Source: Nitrospirota bacterium (GTDB lineage Bacteria > Nitrospirota > JACRHJ01). From it: a DNA stretch of 64,000 nucleotides. The notes under the pieces were generated by a model. It was not told where the DNA came from and ran no database searches. It saw only the letters and a list, made by a program, of their open reading frames with translations. This document shows, in pieces, positions 21,392 to 33,036 of the stretch. The stretch spans positions 32,001 through 96,000 of the forward strand of contig CAWJRJ010000018.1 of the NCBI GenBank assembly GCA_963845245.1, in the 5' to 3' direction. Within the stretch, counting starts at the first letter, position 1, and the number at the start of each line of letters is the position of its first letter. The position numbers and the translations under genes were made by a program.

Positions 21392-22936
21392 ATGCGTTTC
21401 ATAGTTACACTGGCTGGTTCTTTATTATTGTCCCTTGCCTTCAGTTTCCAGGCAATGGCGGCGGATTCTGCGGCTCTCCTTGAAGTGTTGCACAACAAAG
21501 GGATCATAGACGACGCGTCCTACTCCGACATAAAGGGCGCCGGGAAGGGGCAGGCAGCCGATAAAAAGCTACTCGATGTCCTACATACCAAGGGCATACT
21601 CGACGACTCGGACTATAACCGTCTAACTGAACATGCTGGCAAGGAGGCCGCGGCGTCAGTAGCGGCATTGCCGCAGTCTTCTCCGGCCCCCGCAGCGCCC
21701 TCCGACGGCTCCAGGCCGTTCGACAAGGCCTTCTCCTCGGTGGAGGAAGGTTTCGCAAGGCTCGGCGGCGACACCATCAAGCTGAAGATCGGTGCGCTCC
21801 TCCAGACGGGCTTTCTTAACGACGACGCGGGTTTTTCGGTGACTTCACCTCCTACTACCAACTTTTCGGCAACTTCCGGCAACCAGTTTTTTGCCAGGCG
21901 CGCGAGGCTGTTCTTTGATGGCATGGTGATGGACAAGGCCGGGTTCAGGATTTCAATCGAGACCTCGGACACCACCGGCAAGATACTCAGGGACGCCTAC
22001 TTCTTCGCGGACTACATACCATATGCGAGGGTTACGGTAGGGCAGTTCAAAGTGCCGTTCGGCGTCGAAGGCGTCGAGTCCATAGGCGCCAACCCGACGG
22101 TAAACCGCTCTTTGGCGACCAATTTTATTCATTACCCGACGCTTCGCGACCTCGGTGTGATGCTCTCAGGCCAGTACCAGAATAAGTTAGGGACTCTCCC
22201 CATCGGAGCGGGTTATGCGGTCGCGGTCGTGGACGGCAATGGCATGAACACAACCGACAACAACGACAACAAGGATGTGTCGGGTCGCGTATGGATTAAC
22301 CCGCTGGTGCCGGGCTTTACGGTTGGTGGCTCGTTTTATAACGGCAAGACGAATACCCTTACATTTGATAAGGGCGACCCCACAAAGATCCCCCCCGTCC
22401 TCCCAGACCCGACCAAGGACAAAGTTAACGACAAGATAAAGAAGGACTGGGACCGCTGGGCTGCTGACGTAGAGTACAGGCCCGCATATATGAAGGGTCT
22501 CCTGCTCCGGGGCGAATTCCTCTGGGCGAGAAAATATTATGCAAAGTACGCATCAGTGGATGTTATCAGCACTACGGATACGTCAAAAAGCCCGCTCCCG
22601 CACGTCAACCGTCAGGCGCACTCATATGGCTGGTACGCACTCGCCGCATACAAGGTGGACGGGCTGCCGGGCTACTGGCGCTATCTGAATGGCTTTGAGC
22701 CTTTGGCGCGGTATGACTACTTTGATGAGGATACCAGCACCCTTACCGCCATCTCACGGCAGGATTCACGCAACCGGGTTACGCTCGGCCTCAACTACTA
22801 CCTGAACAAATACACTATGCTGAAGACCAACTACGAGATAATCCATGCGGATGGTGGGCTTAAGACCGAATCGCTTGAGACGATAGACAATATTGGTCAC
22901 CACCTGTTCACCACACTGGTCCAGGTAAAATTCTAG
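21392..22936 (+). CDS. Outer-membrane porin, OprO/OprP (anion-selective porin)-like
   Basis: Signal peptide, RRARL, LRDAY, GQFKVPFG.E, RDLG, DNNDNKD, LGLNYY, C-terminal Phe. Confidence 0.85.
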   Translation: MRFIVTLAGSLLLSLAFSFQAMAADSAALLEVLHNKGIIDDASYSDIKGAGKGQAADKKLLDVLHTKGILDDSDYNRLTEHAGKEAAASVAALPQSSPAPAAPSDGSRPFDKAFSSVEEGFARLGGDTIKLKIGALLQTGFLNDDAGFSVTSPPTTNFSATSGNQFFARRARLFFDGMVMDKAGFRISIETSDTTGKILRDAYFFADYIPYARVTVGQFKVPFGVEGVESIGANPTVNRSLATNFIHYPTLRDLGVMLSGQYQNKLGTLPIGAGYAVAVVDGNGMNTTDNNDNKDVSGRVWINPLVPGFTVGGSFYNGKTNTLTFDKGDPTKIPPVLPDPTKDKVNDKIKKDWDRWAADVEYRPAYMKGLLLRGEFLWARKYYAKYASVDVISTTDTSKSPLPHVNRQAHSYGWYALAAYKVDGLPGYWRYLNGFEPLARYDYFDEDTSTLTAISRQDSRNRVTLGLNYYLNKYTMLKTNYEIIHADGGLKTESLETIDNIGHHLFTTLVQVKF

Positions 22937-22952
22937 AAACATCCGGGCAGGG

Positions 22953-22988
22953 AAGAAGCCCCACTCGCTGAGTGGGGCTTCTTTATTA
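22953..22988 (+). terminator. Intrinsic terminator after the porin gene
   Basis: AAGAAGCCCCACTC-GCT-GAGTGGGGCTTCTT then T-rich. Confidence 0.8.
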
Positions 22989-23038
22989 ATGATGCGGACA
23001 AACCCCTTCATGATATCCAACTTAAATCCCGAGTTTAC

Positions 23039-23734
23039 GTGGAAACGATTGCAAATGGATTCGTAAAGGCGTTAAGCCTGATAGCCTCCCTTGACCCGGA
23101 GCTTTATTCCATAATCCTGCTCTCGCTCAAGGTGTCTGGCGGGGCCGTCCTGATAGCCTCCCTTGCCGGTATCCCGCTCGGCGCGGCTTGTGCGCTCAGG
23201 CGATTCCCGGGACGGCGCTCCGTTGTGCTCATCCTGAATACTTTCATGGGTTTCCCTCCTGTAGTTGCGGGTCTCTTGATTTATCTGGTGCTTTCCAGAA
23301 GCGGCCCACTGGGCTTCATGGGCCTGCTTTACTCACCAACCGCTATGGTCATCGCACAGTCAGCCATAGTATTCCCGATAGTTGCAGGGCTGTCCTGGTC
23401 GGCTGCCGCGTCTATCAGCCCACGCATAAGGGAAACCGCGCTGACGCTTGGAGCGTCCGGTTTCGCGGTCGACTGGCGGGTGATTTCAGAGGCCAGGATG
23501 CAGATATTGTCCGCCGTGATTGCCGGCTTTGGAAGGGCCATAGCAGAGGTGGGGGCAGTACTGATAGTCGGAGGTAATATAGCAGGATACACCAGGATGA
23601 TGACGACAGCTATAGCCATGGAGACCGGCAAAGGCACATTCGAGCTTGCGATAGCGCTTGGCATAGTCCTTTTGCTGGTTGCCTTTCTTGTAAATATTCT
23701 GCTGAAGATAGCGCAGGGGGGATTCGGCAGATGA
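23039..23734 (+). CDS. tupB: Tungstate ABC transporter permease (TupB-like)
   Basis: MGFPPVVAGL, LSRSGPLG, GFGRAIAEVGA, GGNI.G.TR.MTTAI. Confidence 0.85.
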   Translation: METIANGFVKALSLIASLDPELYSIILLSLKVSGGAVLIASLAGIPLGAACALRRFPGRRSVVLILNTFMGFPPVVAGLLIYLVLSRSGPLGFMGLLYSPTAMVIAQSAIVFPIVAGLSWSAAASISPRIRETALTLGASGFAVDWRVISEARMQILSAVIAGFGRAIAEVGAVLIVGGNIAGYTRMMTTAIAMETGKGTFELAIALGIVLLLVAFLVNILLKIAQGGFGR

Positions 23735-24460
23735 GCCTCACGGTCGAGTCTCCACGATATAATAAAGGTATACGGCAAAAGGGAGGCACTTGCCGGGACA
23801 TCCTGCCGGTTTCTTCCGGGCAGGATAAACGTCCTCTTGGGTCCGAACGGGAGCGGTAAGACGACGCTCCTGAGGCTCGCCGCGCTTCTTGAGACCCCTG
23901 ACGACGGCACGGTGGTTTTTTCGGAAGGTGACCTGCCCATAGCGCCTGGTACGGCATTGATGCGGAGAATGACGCTCGTGTCCCAGACTCCGGTCCTGTT
24001 CAATACAACCGTCTTTAAGAACATGGCGTACGGCCTGCAACTGAGGGGGTGCGAAGAAGGGGAGGTCAAACACCGGGTCCTCGATGCGCTGGAACTTGTG
24101 GGGATGGGCAATTTCGCCGGCGCCAGGGCCGCATCGCTCTCCGGTGGTGAGGCCCAGCGAGTGGCTATTGCCCGGGCGTATGCGCTTAGGCCGGAATTGC
24201 TTCTCCTTGACGAGCCTTCGTCGAACCTCGACCCTGACGGGGGCGCTGTTTTCGAAGAAATACTCAGAAAAATGAATACGGAACAAGGCACGACAGTAGT
24301 GATTGTGACTCACAACCTGTTTCAGGCAAGGCGGCTTGCGCACGCGGCCTTTTTAATGTACGGTGGAAAGGTGGTGGAGGGCGGAGATGCCGCCGGTTTT
24401 TTCAGCCACCCCCAAAGTGCAGTGACAGCAAAGTTCATCTCGGGCGAAATGGTATTTTAG
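23731..24460 (+). CDS. tupC: Tungstate ABC transporter ATP-binding subunit (TupC-like; +1 frameshift near 23749)
   Basis: GPNGSGKT, LSGGEAQR, LLLDEP; ATG overlaps the tupB stop. Confidence 0.8.
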
Positions 24461-24497
24461 TTGACATGGGCTTTTCAATAGGGTTAACCTAATAACT

Positions 24498-24743
24498 ATG
24501 GCTTTACCTATCCGCATTATTATACTCGTTGCCTCCGCGTTCATAATGAATCTCCCGCTCGGCTACCTGAGGAAGGTGACGCGCAAGTTTTCCTTCAAGT
24601 GGTTTCTTTATATCCACCTTTCCATACCGTTTATAATCCTGATAAGGCTCGGTTTGAAGATATCATACTGGTTTATACCGTTTTCCATCGGTTCCGCGGT
24701 TGCGGGTCAGATTATAGGCGCGCGCCTCAGGAAAGTGGATTAA
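24498..24743 (+). CDS. Small membrane hypothetical protein
   Basis: 81-aa hydrophobic ORF (NLPLGY.R...KFS..WF.YIH); promoter-like sequence directly upstream. Confidence 0.7.
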   Translation: MALPIRIIILVASAFIMNLPLGYLRKVTRKFSFKWFLYIHLSIPFIILIRLGLKISYWFIPFSIGSAVAGQIIGARLRKVD

Positions 24744-24761
24744 CGAGAGGGGGACTAAAGG

Positions 24762-25043
24762 GTGGGAGAGGATTTCCTTCAGGGGAAGAACCTTGATTCG
24801 GTGGCAAAGGATATAGCGGAAGGCTATGTATTCGTGAGCCCGATGTTCCTTAAAAAGTTCAGCCATGACATCCTGAAGAAGCTGCTTGTGTCCGTTAACA
24901 AGACGATGCATCTTATAAGGAACGAAAAATTTCCGACAGGCGATATCGAGGGTATCAAGAGGCGCAATATTCGGCTTTCAAGGCTTAACAATGCCAGCAT
25001 GGTAATAAAATACTTTGCCAAGGAGCGGCGCTGGGTACTATAG
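24762..25043 (+). CDS. Hypothetical protein
   Basis: 93-aa ORF with purine-rich SD, filling the intergenic space. Confidence 0.65.
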   Translation: MGEDFLQGKNLDSVAKDIAEGYVFVSPMFLKKFSHDILKKLLVSVNKTMHLIRNEKFPTGDIEGIKRRNIRLSRLNNASMVIKYFAKERRWVL

Positions 25044-25173
25044 CGGTACACAGCAGTGCCCCGCCCGGTGCCATCCCTTTTTCCTTGACAAGGAGGGGGG
25101 CATTGGGATATCTATTGTAGTCACTTTAAAAGTACGGTATATAAAACTCTCCGGATGTCGTAAGGAGGTATTC

Positions 25174-25971
25174 ATGCGGTTTTCGTCCCTTGGGAGGAGG
25201 CTGTTTCTGGCTTCTGGTCTGGCTTTTACAGTACTTCTGTCGGGTTGTTTCGCTACAAAGCAGGATCTCGACCCGATAAAAAGTGATATATCGGTGCTTG
25301 AGAAGCAGTTCATGGAGGTACAACGCGATTACGCCAGGGCGAAGGTTGCAGCGGATGATGCAGGGACCTCCGGGGATGGCGCTACAGAAAAACTGGCGTC
25401 CATGGATAAAAGAATCGGCGCGTTGGAGAAAAGGCTGGACACTCTGGATTCCAGGCTGGCCGAGATAAAACAGCCGCAACAACCGATCTTGTCTGAGACG
25501 ATGGCGCCCGAACCGGTCGCTGTCGAGTCCGACCTGGGCACGGCGGGAGGCAAGTCCGAGTCTGAGCCCAAGGCGCCGGCGCCTACTAAAGGCATGGTTG
25601 CCGCTGAGACGAAGTTTAATGAGGCAAAAAACAGCTACACCTCAGGCGACGCGGACAAGGCGGAGGCCGGTTTTAAGGAATTTCTTTCGAGTTACCCCAA
25701 TGACAGGCTTGCGGATGACGCCCGGTATTACCTTGGAGAAATCTATTTTGACCGTAAGGAATATTCCAAGGCATTAACAGAGTATGAAGGAGTCGTAAAC
25801 GGTTACCCGCTTGCTGACAGGGTGCCAGACGCGCTATATAAGGCAGGAGTTGTCAACATCCAGTTGAAGGATAATGCCAAGGCACGCGATTTATTCATGC
25901 GGGTCATGGACAACTATCCTTACAGCGAAGCGGCAAAAAAGGCGAGACAGTCTCTGGATAACCTGAAGTAG
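25174..25971 (+). CDS. cpoB: Tol-Pal-associated TPR protein YbgF/CpoB
   Basis: Lipobox LSGC, coiled coil, TPR motifs (YP...LADDARYYLGE, YP.SEAA); SD AAGGAGG. Confidence 0.8.
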   Translation: MRFSSLGRRLFLASGLAFTVLLSGCFATKQDLDPIKSDISVLEKQFMEVQRDYARAKVAADDAGTSGDGATEKLASMDKRIGALEKRLDTLDSRLAEIKQPQQPILSETMAPEPVAVESDLGTAGGKSESEPKAPAPTKGMVAAETKFNEAKNSYTSGDADKAEAGFKEFLSSYPNDRLADDARYYLGEIYFDRKEYSKALTEYEGVVNGYPLADRVPDALYKAGVVNIQLKDNAKARDLFMRVMDNYPYSEAAKKARQSLDNLK

Positions 25972-25991
25972 CACTATAAGGGGGGGTAGGT

Positions 25992-27122
25992 ATGAAAATC
26001 GAGGTCAGGCACTTTTCATTGCTCCTGTTCATATCCATTGCGCTTTCGACAGCTCAACCGGCTCTTGCCCAGGATGAGGTGGCGGGAGGCGAGTCGTATA
26101 CCGTAAGAAAAGGCGATACGCTCTGGGATATATCGGCAACAAAGCTTGAGAACCCGTTCAGCTGGTCCCTGATATGGAAACAGAACCCGTCAATAAAGGA
26201 CCCGGACCTCATCTACCCTGGCGAGAAGATAGCGTTGCCTCCCGGTGCAGTTTTGAAGAAGACAGAAGGCGCGCCTGGAGCTGCAGCTGCCGGTGGAGAT
26301 TCAGCTTCAAGGCACGGCTCAGATTCTGAACCGTTTGTGGAGAGCGGCAAGACCATACTTAAGGGCCATGCGGACGGCGGTAAGGTAATAACCATTGATA
26401 CGACGCGTCCGAAAATGCCGATTGCGACGCTTACCGAGATAATGTCCGCCGGGTTTATATCTCCCGAGCTTAAAGGCGCAAGGAAGATTTCCGATGGTTT
26501 GCTGGGCGGGCGTGAAATCTATTCCTTTGGGGACAAGTTATACACGGATGTTGACGGCGTTTCTATAGGGGACGTTTTCCTGATAGCTAGAGAAACCGAC
26601 AAGGTATGCGACCCGGCCAGCGGGGATAAACTAGGGAAGATTGTATTCCCTACAGGTTCTTTTAAAATAACAGAAAAAGTGGACGGCAAGATGGCAGGTG
26701 TCGTAGAGAAATCCTTTACCGAGATAAAGCCTGATGACCTCCTTATCCCGTACACGCAGCCCCAGTTGGTGTACGAGCCGGTACCGCCAAATGACAAGCT
26801 AAACGGCAAGTTCGGCTATGTGGCCGCCGTCAAGGAGGAGAAAGCCACCAGCACCCAGATTGACACGGTGTACCTTGACATGGGCTCGGACATGGGGGTC
26901 AAGCCGGGTGACCGTTTCGTCATCAGGCGCTCGGGCGGTAAGGGCAGGCTCATGGAAGGCATAGATCAAAACGGCTATGCATCGCCCTCTGATTACGTCG
27001 TCCCTGACAAGGCCATCGGCGAGGTGGTTGTGATCTCGGTCCAGCCGAAAAACTCGACCGCGAAGGTTGCTTCGTTCAATGAGGTAATACGGCCGGGCTA
27101 CAGGGCTGTGTATAAAGACTAA
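25992..27122 (+). CDS. LysM peptidoglycan-binding protein
   Basis: YTVRKGDTLWDIS...IKDPDLIYPG; signal peptide; typical position before dprA. Confidence 0.88.
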   Translation: MKIEVRHFSLLLFISIALSTAQPALAQDEVAGGESYTVRKGDTLWDISATKLENPFSWSLIWKQNPSIKDPDLIYPGEKIALPPGAVLKKTEGAPGAAAAGGDSASRHGSDSEPFVESGKTILKGHADGGKVITIDTTRPKMPIATLTEIMSAGFISPELKGARKISDGLLGGREIYSFGDKLYTDVDGVSIGDVFLIARETDKVCDPASGDKLGKIVFPTGSFKITEKVDGKMAGVVEKSFTEIKPDDLLIPYTQPQLVYEPVPPNDKLNGKFGYVAAVKEEKATSTQIDTVYLDMGSDMGVKPGDRFVIRRSGGKGRLMEGIDQNGYASPSDYVVPDKAIGEVVVISVQPKNSTAKVASFNEVIRPGYRAVYKD

Positions 27123-27135
27123 GTCGGGGGGACAG

Positions 27136-28237
27136 ATGGACCCAGTGCCCTGGATAGCGCTGAATTCTATTTCCGGGGTAGGGCGTGTCCTTTATAAAAG
27201 GCTCATACTTCGCTTTGGTTCTCCCGAAGAGGTCTTCAGGGCCCCGGAGGTCGAGCTTTTCAGGGTTGAAGGAGCGAAGCCTGCCTCTGTAAAGGCCATA
27301 AAGGATTTCGGCGGCTGGAGCCTGGCCCGGCGGGAGGCTGATAAGGCCCTTGAAAAGGGGTCCGACATAGTGACCTTCTCCGACCCGCGCTACCCTGCAA
27401 ACCTCCGAGAGACGCATGACCCTCCTCCTTACCTATATGTAAAGGGAAGGCTGGTAGAAGGCGATAAGGTGTCAGTTGCAGTAGTCGGTTCAAGGAAGGC
27501 GACCCAGTACGGGCGGCAGCTGACTAAAAAGATTTCTGGAGACATTGCCGCGAAAGGCATAACCGTAGTCTCCGGAGGTGCAAGGGGGATCGATACCGAG
27601 GCACACAAGGGCGCCATTGCGGCTGGCGGCAGGACGATAGCCGTGCTTGGATGCGGCATAGACGTGGTGTACCCCCCCGAGAATGAGAGCCTTTTTAAAG
27701 CGGTTGCCGAGTCTGGCGCGGTTGTCACAGAGTTCCCCATGGGGACGCCTCCGGATGCCGCGAACTTCCCCCAGAGGAACCGCATAATCAGCGGGATCTC
27801 GATGGGTGTTGTCGTCATGGAGGCGGCGGACGACAGCGGGTCGCTTATCACCGCATCATGTTCGCTCGACCAGGGACGCGAAGTGTATGCAGTGCCTGGC
27901 AGCGTGGACTCCCCGACCAGTCGGGGGACGAACAGCCTGATTAAAAAAGGGGCGAAGCTAGTTGAGGGGCCCGAGGACATACTGGTAGACCTTTTCCCCT
28001 ATATGAAAGGTTATTTGAGGGAACTCGACCTATACAGGAAACCGGAAAGAGAGTTATGGATTTGGGCCGAACGAGAAAGCCCTTTTTGAACTGATAAGTC
28101 TGGAGCCGGCGCATATCGATGCGCTGGCGGAGAAGACGGGGGTCCCGGTCTCAAAGGCGCTTTCCCTGCTTCTCGGCATGGAACTCAAAGGCGCCGTGAG
28201 GCAGGTTGCGGGTATGAACTTCATCCGTGAGGCATGA
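27136..28237 (+). CDS. dprA: DNA-protecting protein DprA (frameshift near 28060-28085)
   Basis: AVVGSRKAT, VSGGARGID, FPQRNRIISG, SGSLITA; winged-helix tail (LLGMELKG) in a shifted frame. Confidence 0.92.
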
Positions 28238-28265
28238 AGGGACGGATTTGATAAAGGAGCAGGTT

Positions 28266-28745
28266 TTGAAGGAAGATTTTCTTGATATTGTCGCTGAGAT
28301 TGTAAGACATATGTCCGAGGATGAAGGCGCGACGCCACGGGACAGGAACATCATAGAAGGCCTGTTGGAGGATGGCTATGACCTGCTGGACATCGATGAC
28401 GCACTATCGTGGTTTGAGAGCCTCGGGGGTGGCAGCGAAGAGCTGGACACGTTCGAGTTCTGGCCCGGATTCAGGGGCGTAAGGGTGCAGTCGCGCCACG
28501 AGAAGGAGGCTATGTCTCCGGCCGCGTACTCTTACCTGATGAAGCTGAACGCCGCAGGCTTCCTGAACGACTCCTTCCGTGAGGAGATAATGGACAAGGT
28601 AGTAGACTTGTCTATCGAGGACTTCGGCTTGGACCAGATGAAGGCACTGCTTGGGCTGGTGCTCTATTCGCAGGGCAAGCTGGTGCCGGAGCTGACGCTT
28701 GGCCGCCTGGGTTACCGCGGGCCGGACGACCAGATATTGAACTAA
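28266..28745 (+). CDS. smg: Smg/DUF494 family protein
   Basis: Position between dprA and topA; G+....I..AL.W motif; TTG start with SD. Confidence 0.75.
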   Translation: MKEDFLDIVAEIVRHMSEDEGATPRDRNIIEGLLEDGYDLLDIDDALSWFESLGGGSEELDTFEFWPGFRGVRVQSRHEKEAMSPAAYSYLMKLNAAGFLNDSFREEIMDKVVDLSIEDFGLDQMKALLGLVLYSQGKLVPELTLGRLGYRGPDDQILN

Positions 28746-28851
28746 AAGCCTGTAAACGCAATGGAATAAGCCCGGGGGCGTACTAAGCGCCCCCTGTGGT
28801 TTTTTTGGGGCAATATGGCCCAGTATTTAACAAAGAGGCATCTTAAATAAT

Positions 28852-31127
28852 ATGGGAAAAGATCTGGTTATAGTCGAATCGCCCGCGAAGGCGAAGACGA
28901 TAAACAAATACCTGGGCGACAAATTTGTCGTGAAGGCCTCGATTGGCCATGTGCGCGACCTGCCGAAACAGCGGCTAGCGGTTGACATCGAACATGGGTT
29001 TGCGCCGGAATACGAGGTGATCAAGGGCAAGGCCAAGGTGATTGCCGAGATAAAGAAGGCGGCGAAGTCTGCGGACAAAATATACCTTGCCCCTGACCCG
29101 GACCGCGAAGGAGAAGCGATCGCATGGCACGTGGCCGAGGAACTCGGCGTGTCCGAGGACAAGCTGTTCCGCGTGCTCTTCAATGAAATAACCAAACGGG
29201 GCATTCTTGAAGCCATGGAGCGCCCCGGCAAGATTGACATCAACAAGGTCGACGCACAGCAGGCCAGGCGTGTCCTTGACAGGCTTGTCGGCTATCAAGT
29301 CAGCCCTCTTCTTTGGAACAAGGTGAGGCGCGGCCTCTCCGCGGGGCGCGTGCAGTCAGTGGCTGTCAGGCTTGTCTGCGAGAGGGAGGCCGAGATTCAG
29401 GCCTTCGTCCCGAAGGAGTTCTGGAGCATAACGGCGCACCTGAAGGCAGATGCCCCTCCCCCGTTTATCGCGAAGCTTACAAAAGAGTCCGGTAAAAAAC
29501 TGGAGATAGGTAACGAGGAAGAGTCAAAAAGATATTCCAGTACGTGAAGGACAAGCCCTTCATCGTCTCGAAGGTCGACCGGAAGGAAAAGAAACAGAAC
29601 CCCGTCCCGCCGTTCACCACCAGCAAGCTTCAGCAGGAGGCGGCCCGCAAGCTCCGGTTCACGGCGAAAAAGACGATGGTCGTCGCCCAGCAGCTCTATG
29701 AAGGTCTGGAGATAGGCAAAGAGGGCGCGGTCGGCCTTATAACCTACATGCGTACCGATTCGAACAGGGTCGCACCCGAGGCGGTTCAGGAGGCGCGGGA
29801 ATACATTACCGCAAAATACGGCAAGGAGTCTCTTCCGGCCAAGCCGCCTGTATACGCCGCTCAGAAGAAGGCCCAGGAGGCTCACGAGGCGATACGGCCC
29901 ACGTCTCTCACCCACGAGCCGGACAGCCTCAAGGAATACCTTGAGAAGGACCAGCTCTCCCTCTACAGGCTGATATGGAACCGCTTTATCGCCAGCCAGA
30001 TGTCACCCGCGATACTCGACATGACCGGCGTTGACATCTCCGCCGAAATATACACGTTCCGTGCCACCGGCACTATTGTCAAGTTCCAGGGCTTCATGGC
30101 GGTATACACCGAAGGCAAGGACGAGGAGAAGGCCGAGGACGACTCGGGAGAAGGCGTCAACCTACCAGCTCTCAAGGTGGGGGACCTGCTCAAGGTAGAC
30201 AAGCTCGTACCCAAGCAGCACTTCACCCAGCCGCCGGCGCGCTTTACCGAAGCGAGCCTCGTCAAGGAGCTTGAAGAAAAGGGCATAGGCCGCCCGAGTA
30301 CCTACGCCGCGATCATGTCCACCATAGTCGACCGGGAGTACGTCGAGAAAAAGCAGATATCCTTTTTCCCGACGGAACTCGGCATAATAGTGAACGACCT
30401 GCTCGTGCAGAGCTTTCCCGATATCTTCGACGTCGCGTTCACCGCAAAGATGGAGGACGAGCTCGACGGCATAGAAGAAGGCAAGATGAAGTGGGCGGAT
30501 ACGGTCAAGGAGTTCTACGAGCCGTTCGAGAAGGCGCTCCTCACCGCCCAGAAGGGCATGCGCAACGTGAAGCGCGAGGAGACCCCGACCGACATCGTCT
30601 GCGACAAGTGCGGCAAGATGATGGTCATAAAGTGGGGCAGGAACGGTAAGTTCCTCGCATGCCCCGGCTACCCGGAATGCAAGAACACGCGCGAGCTGCC
30701 GGAGAAAGAGGGCGAAGAGCGCGCCGCGCCGCCCCCGGCAGAGGTGACGGACGAGAAATGCCCGAAATGCGGTAGCCCCATGGTCATAAAGTCCGGACGT
30801 TTCGGCAAGTTCCTGGCCTGCAGCGCATACCCGCAGTGCAAGACGACCAAGCCCATATCGCTTGGCGTGGACTGCCCGAAATGCGGGAAAGGCTTCCTTA
30901 GCGAGAGGCGCACCAAAGGAGGCAAATCCTTCTTCGGTTGCAGCACCTATCCCGCGTGCGACTTCGCATCGTGGGACAGGCCGGTGCCCCGCAAATGCCC
31001 GGACTGCGGTAGCCCCTACCTTGTCGAGAAGTACTCCAAGAAGGACGGCATGAGGGTCATCTGCCCGAACAAGGAGTGCGGGTACAAGGAAGCCCCGGAG
31101 CAGGAGCCTGCCGCGGGCGGGGAATAA
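28852..31127 (+). CDS. topA: DNA topoisomerase I (frameshift near 29535)
   Basis: [44 protein letters not shown]4 zinc ribbons. Confidence 0.96.
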
Positions 31128-31191
31128 GAAAGCCGCTATTTAACTAACTAAATTTCTTGGGCCGCCTTCTTTTAAAGAAGGCGAGGACTAT

Positions 31192-31214
31192 AAAAGGGCT
31201 TACGGCCCTTTTTT
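31192..31214 (+). terminator. Intrinsic terminator after topA
   Basis: AAAAGGGC-TTACG-GCCCTTTTTT. Confidence 0.7.
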
Positions 31215-31308
31215 GTTAGGTTGACTATTGACCGGAAAGCAAATAAAATCAGGTCCGTGTGTTATTTGAAACATAGAAGTGAATTTGCACGATAGTGTTT
31301 TCTTTCAG

Positions 31309-31713
31309 ATGGAGACTGGTGTAGTGGACCAGCTTAAGGTGGTTGTGGTCGATGACGACGAGGGCTCACGCGAGATACTGCGCCTTATAATCACAAAAAA
31401 ACTCGGCCATACAGTATTCACGGCCTCTGACGGAAAAGAGGCCCTCGATATTATAAAAAAAGAAAAGCCCGACCTCGTGATCACCGATTTCATGATGGCA
31501 AGGATGAACGGGGTGGAGCTTATAGAAAAGATAAAGGGCCTGGGCGGGCCACACGAGAAGATCGAGGTGATCCTTATTTCCGCCCACGGCAGCATGGAGA
31601 CATACCTCGATGCGATGGCACTCGGGGCCTATGAGATGATCAACAAGCCGTTCCATTCTTCCGAGATCGAACGAGTCATCAGGAAACTGACAGAGAACAA
31701 AGGTAACAAATAA
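31309..31713 (+). CDS. Single-domain response regulator (start uncertain)
   Basis: VVDDD, DLVITD..M..MNG, INKPF. Confidence 0.85.
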   Translation: METGVVDQLKVVVVDDDEGSREILRLIITKKLGHTVFTASDGKEALDIIKKEKPDLVITDFMMARMNGVELIEKIKGLGGPHEKIEVILISAHGSMETYLDAMALGAYEMINKPFHSSEIERVIRKLTENKGNK

Positions 31714-31715
31714 TA

Positions 31716-33036
31716 ATGCAGTCTGAAAATAAATCTTTAACGGTGATCGGCGGTGGGCTTGCGGGTTCCGAGGCCGCGTGGCAGGCGGCGAAGCGTGGCA
31801 TCAAGGTGCGGCTGTACGAGATGCGCCCCGTGAAGAACACCCCCGCGCACCATACCGGGCTTCTGGCCGAGCTTGTTTGTTCAAACTCGCTTCGCTCCGC
31901 CGACGTACACAACGCGGTCGGCCTTTTGAAGGAAGAGATGCGCCGGATGGGTTCGCTCGTTATGGATGCGGCGGACGCGACGAAGGTCCCGGCCGGGAGC
32001 GCGCTCGCGGTCGACCGCGAGGCATTCGGGCGCTTCATCACGGATGCCATCGAGAAAAATGGCAGTATAGAGGTTGTGCACGAGGAGGTTACGGAAATAC
32101 CGGACGGCACGGTTATTGTTGCGACCGGGCCACTCACCTCTGACGCGATGGCGGACACAATAGGCAAGATGACCGGCACGGAGCACCTGCATTTCTACGA
32201 CGCGATTGCCCCGATACTGGACGCGGACACGATCGACATGTCCATCGCGTTCAAGGCGTCGCGCTACGGCAAGGGCGGGGACGACTATATAAACTGCGCG
32301 ATGAACAAGGAGGAGTACGACGCCTTCTACGACGCGCTGATGGCAGCCGAGAAGGTGCCGGTGCGCGAGTTCGAGAGCATGCGCTGCTTCGAGGGCTGCA
32401 TGCCTATAGAGTCGATGGCCGAACGCGGCCGCGATACGCTGCGGCATGGGCCGATGAAGCCCGTGGGAATCGACGACCCGCGCACCGGCCGCTGGCCCTA
32501 TGCCGTCGTGCAGCTTCGGATGGAGAACGCGCGAAGGCACGGCATACAATATCGTCGGGTTTCAGACGAGGCTTAAGTGGCCGGAGCAGGCGCGGGTGTT
32601 CAGGATGATACCGGGGCTTCAGAAGGTGGAGTTCATCCGGTTCGGGAGCCTGCACAGGAACACGTTCATTAACGGGCCGATGTTCCTTATGGATACCCTG
32701 CAGCTGAAGGACAGGCCGGACGTGTTTATGGCCGGGCAGGTATCGGGCGTGGAGGGATATGTCGAGTCCGCCGCGATGGGGCTTCTTGCGGGGATAAACG
32801 CGACGCGGAAATTGGAAGGCAAAGATATCCTGCCGCCGCCGGAAACGACCGCGTTCGGTGCACTGATAACGCACCTGACAAAGACGGAGCCTGGCAGGTT
32901 CCAGCCGACGAACGTGATATTCTCGCTCTTCCCGCCTCTGGAACAGCAGATGCGGCAGAAGGACCTGAGGCGTGCGGCGCTAGTGGAGCGTGCGCTTACG
33001 GACCTTGATGAATGGAAAGGTAAGCTGGATGAATAA
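31716..33036 (+). CDS. trmFO: tRNA (uracil-5-)-methyltransferase TrmFO (frameshift near 32532)
   Basis: [42 protein letters not shown]. Confidence 0.95.
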
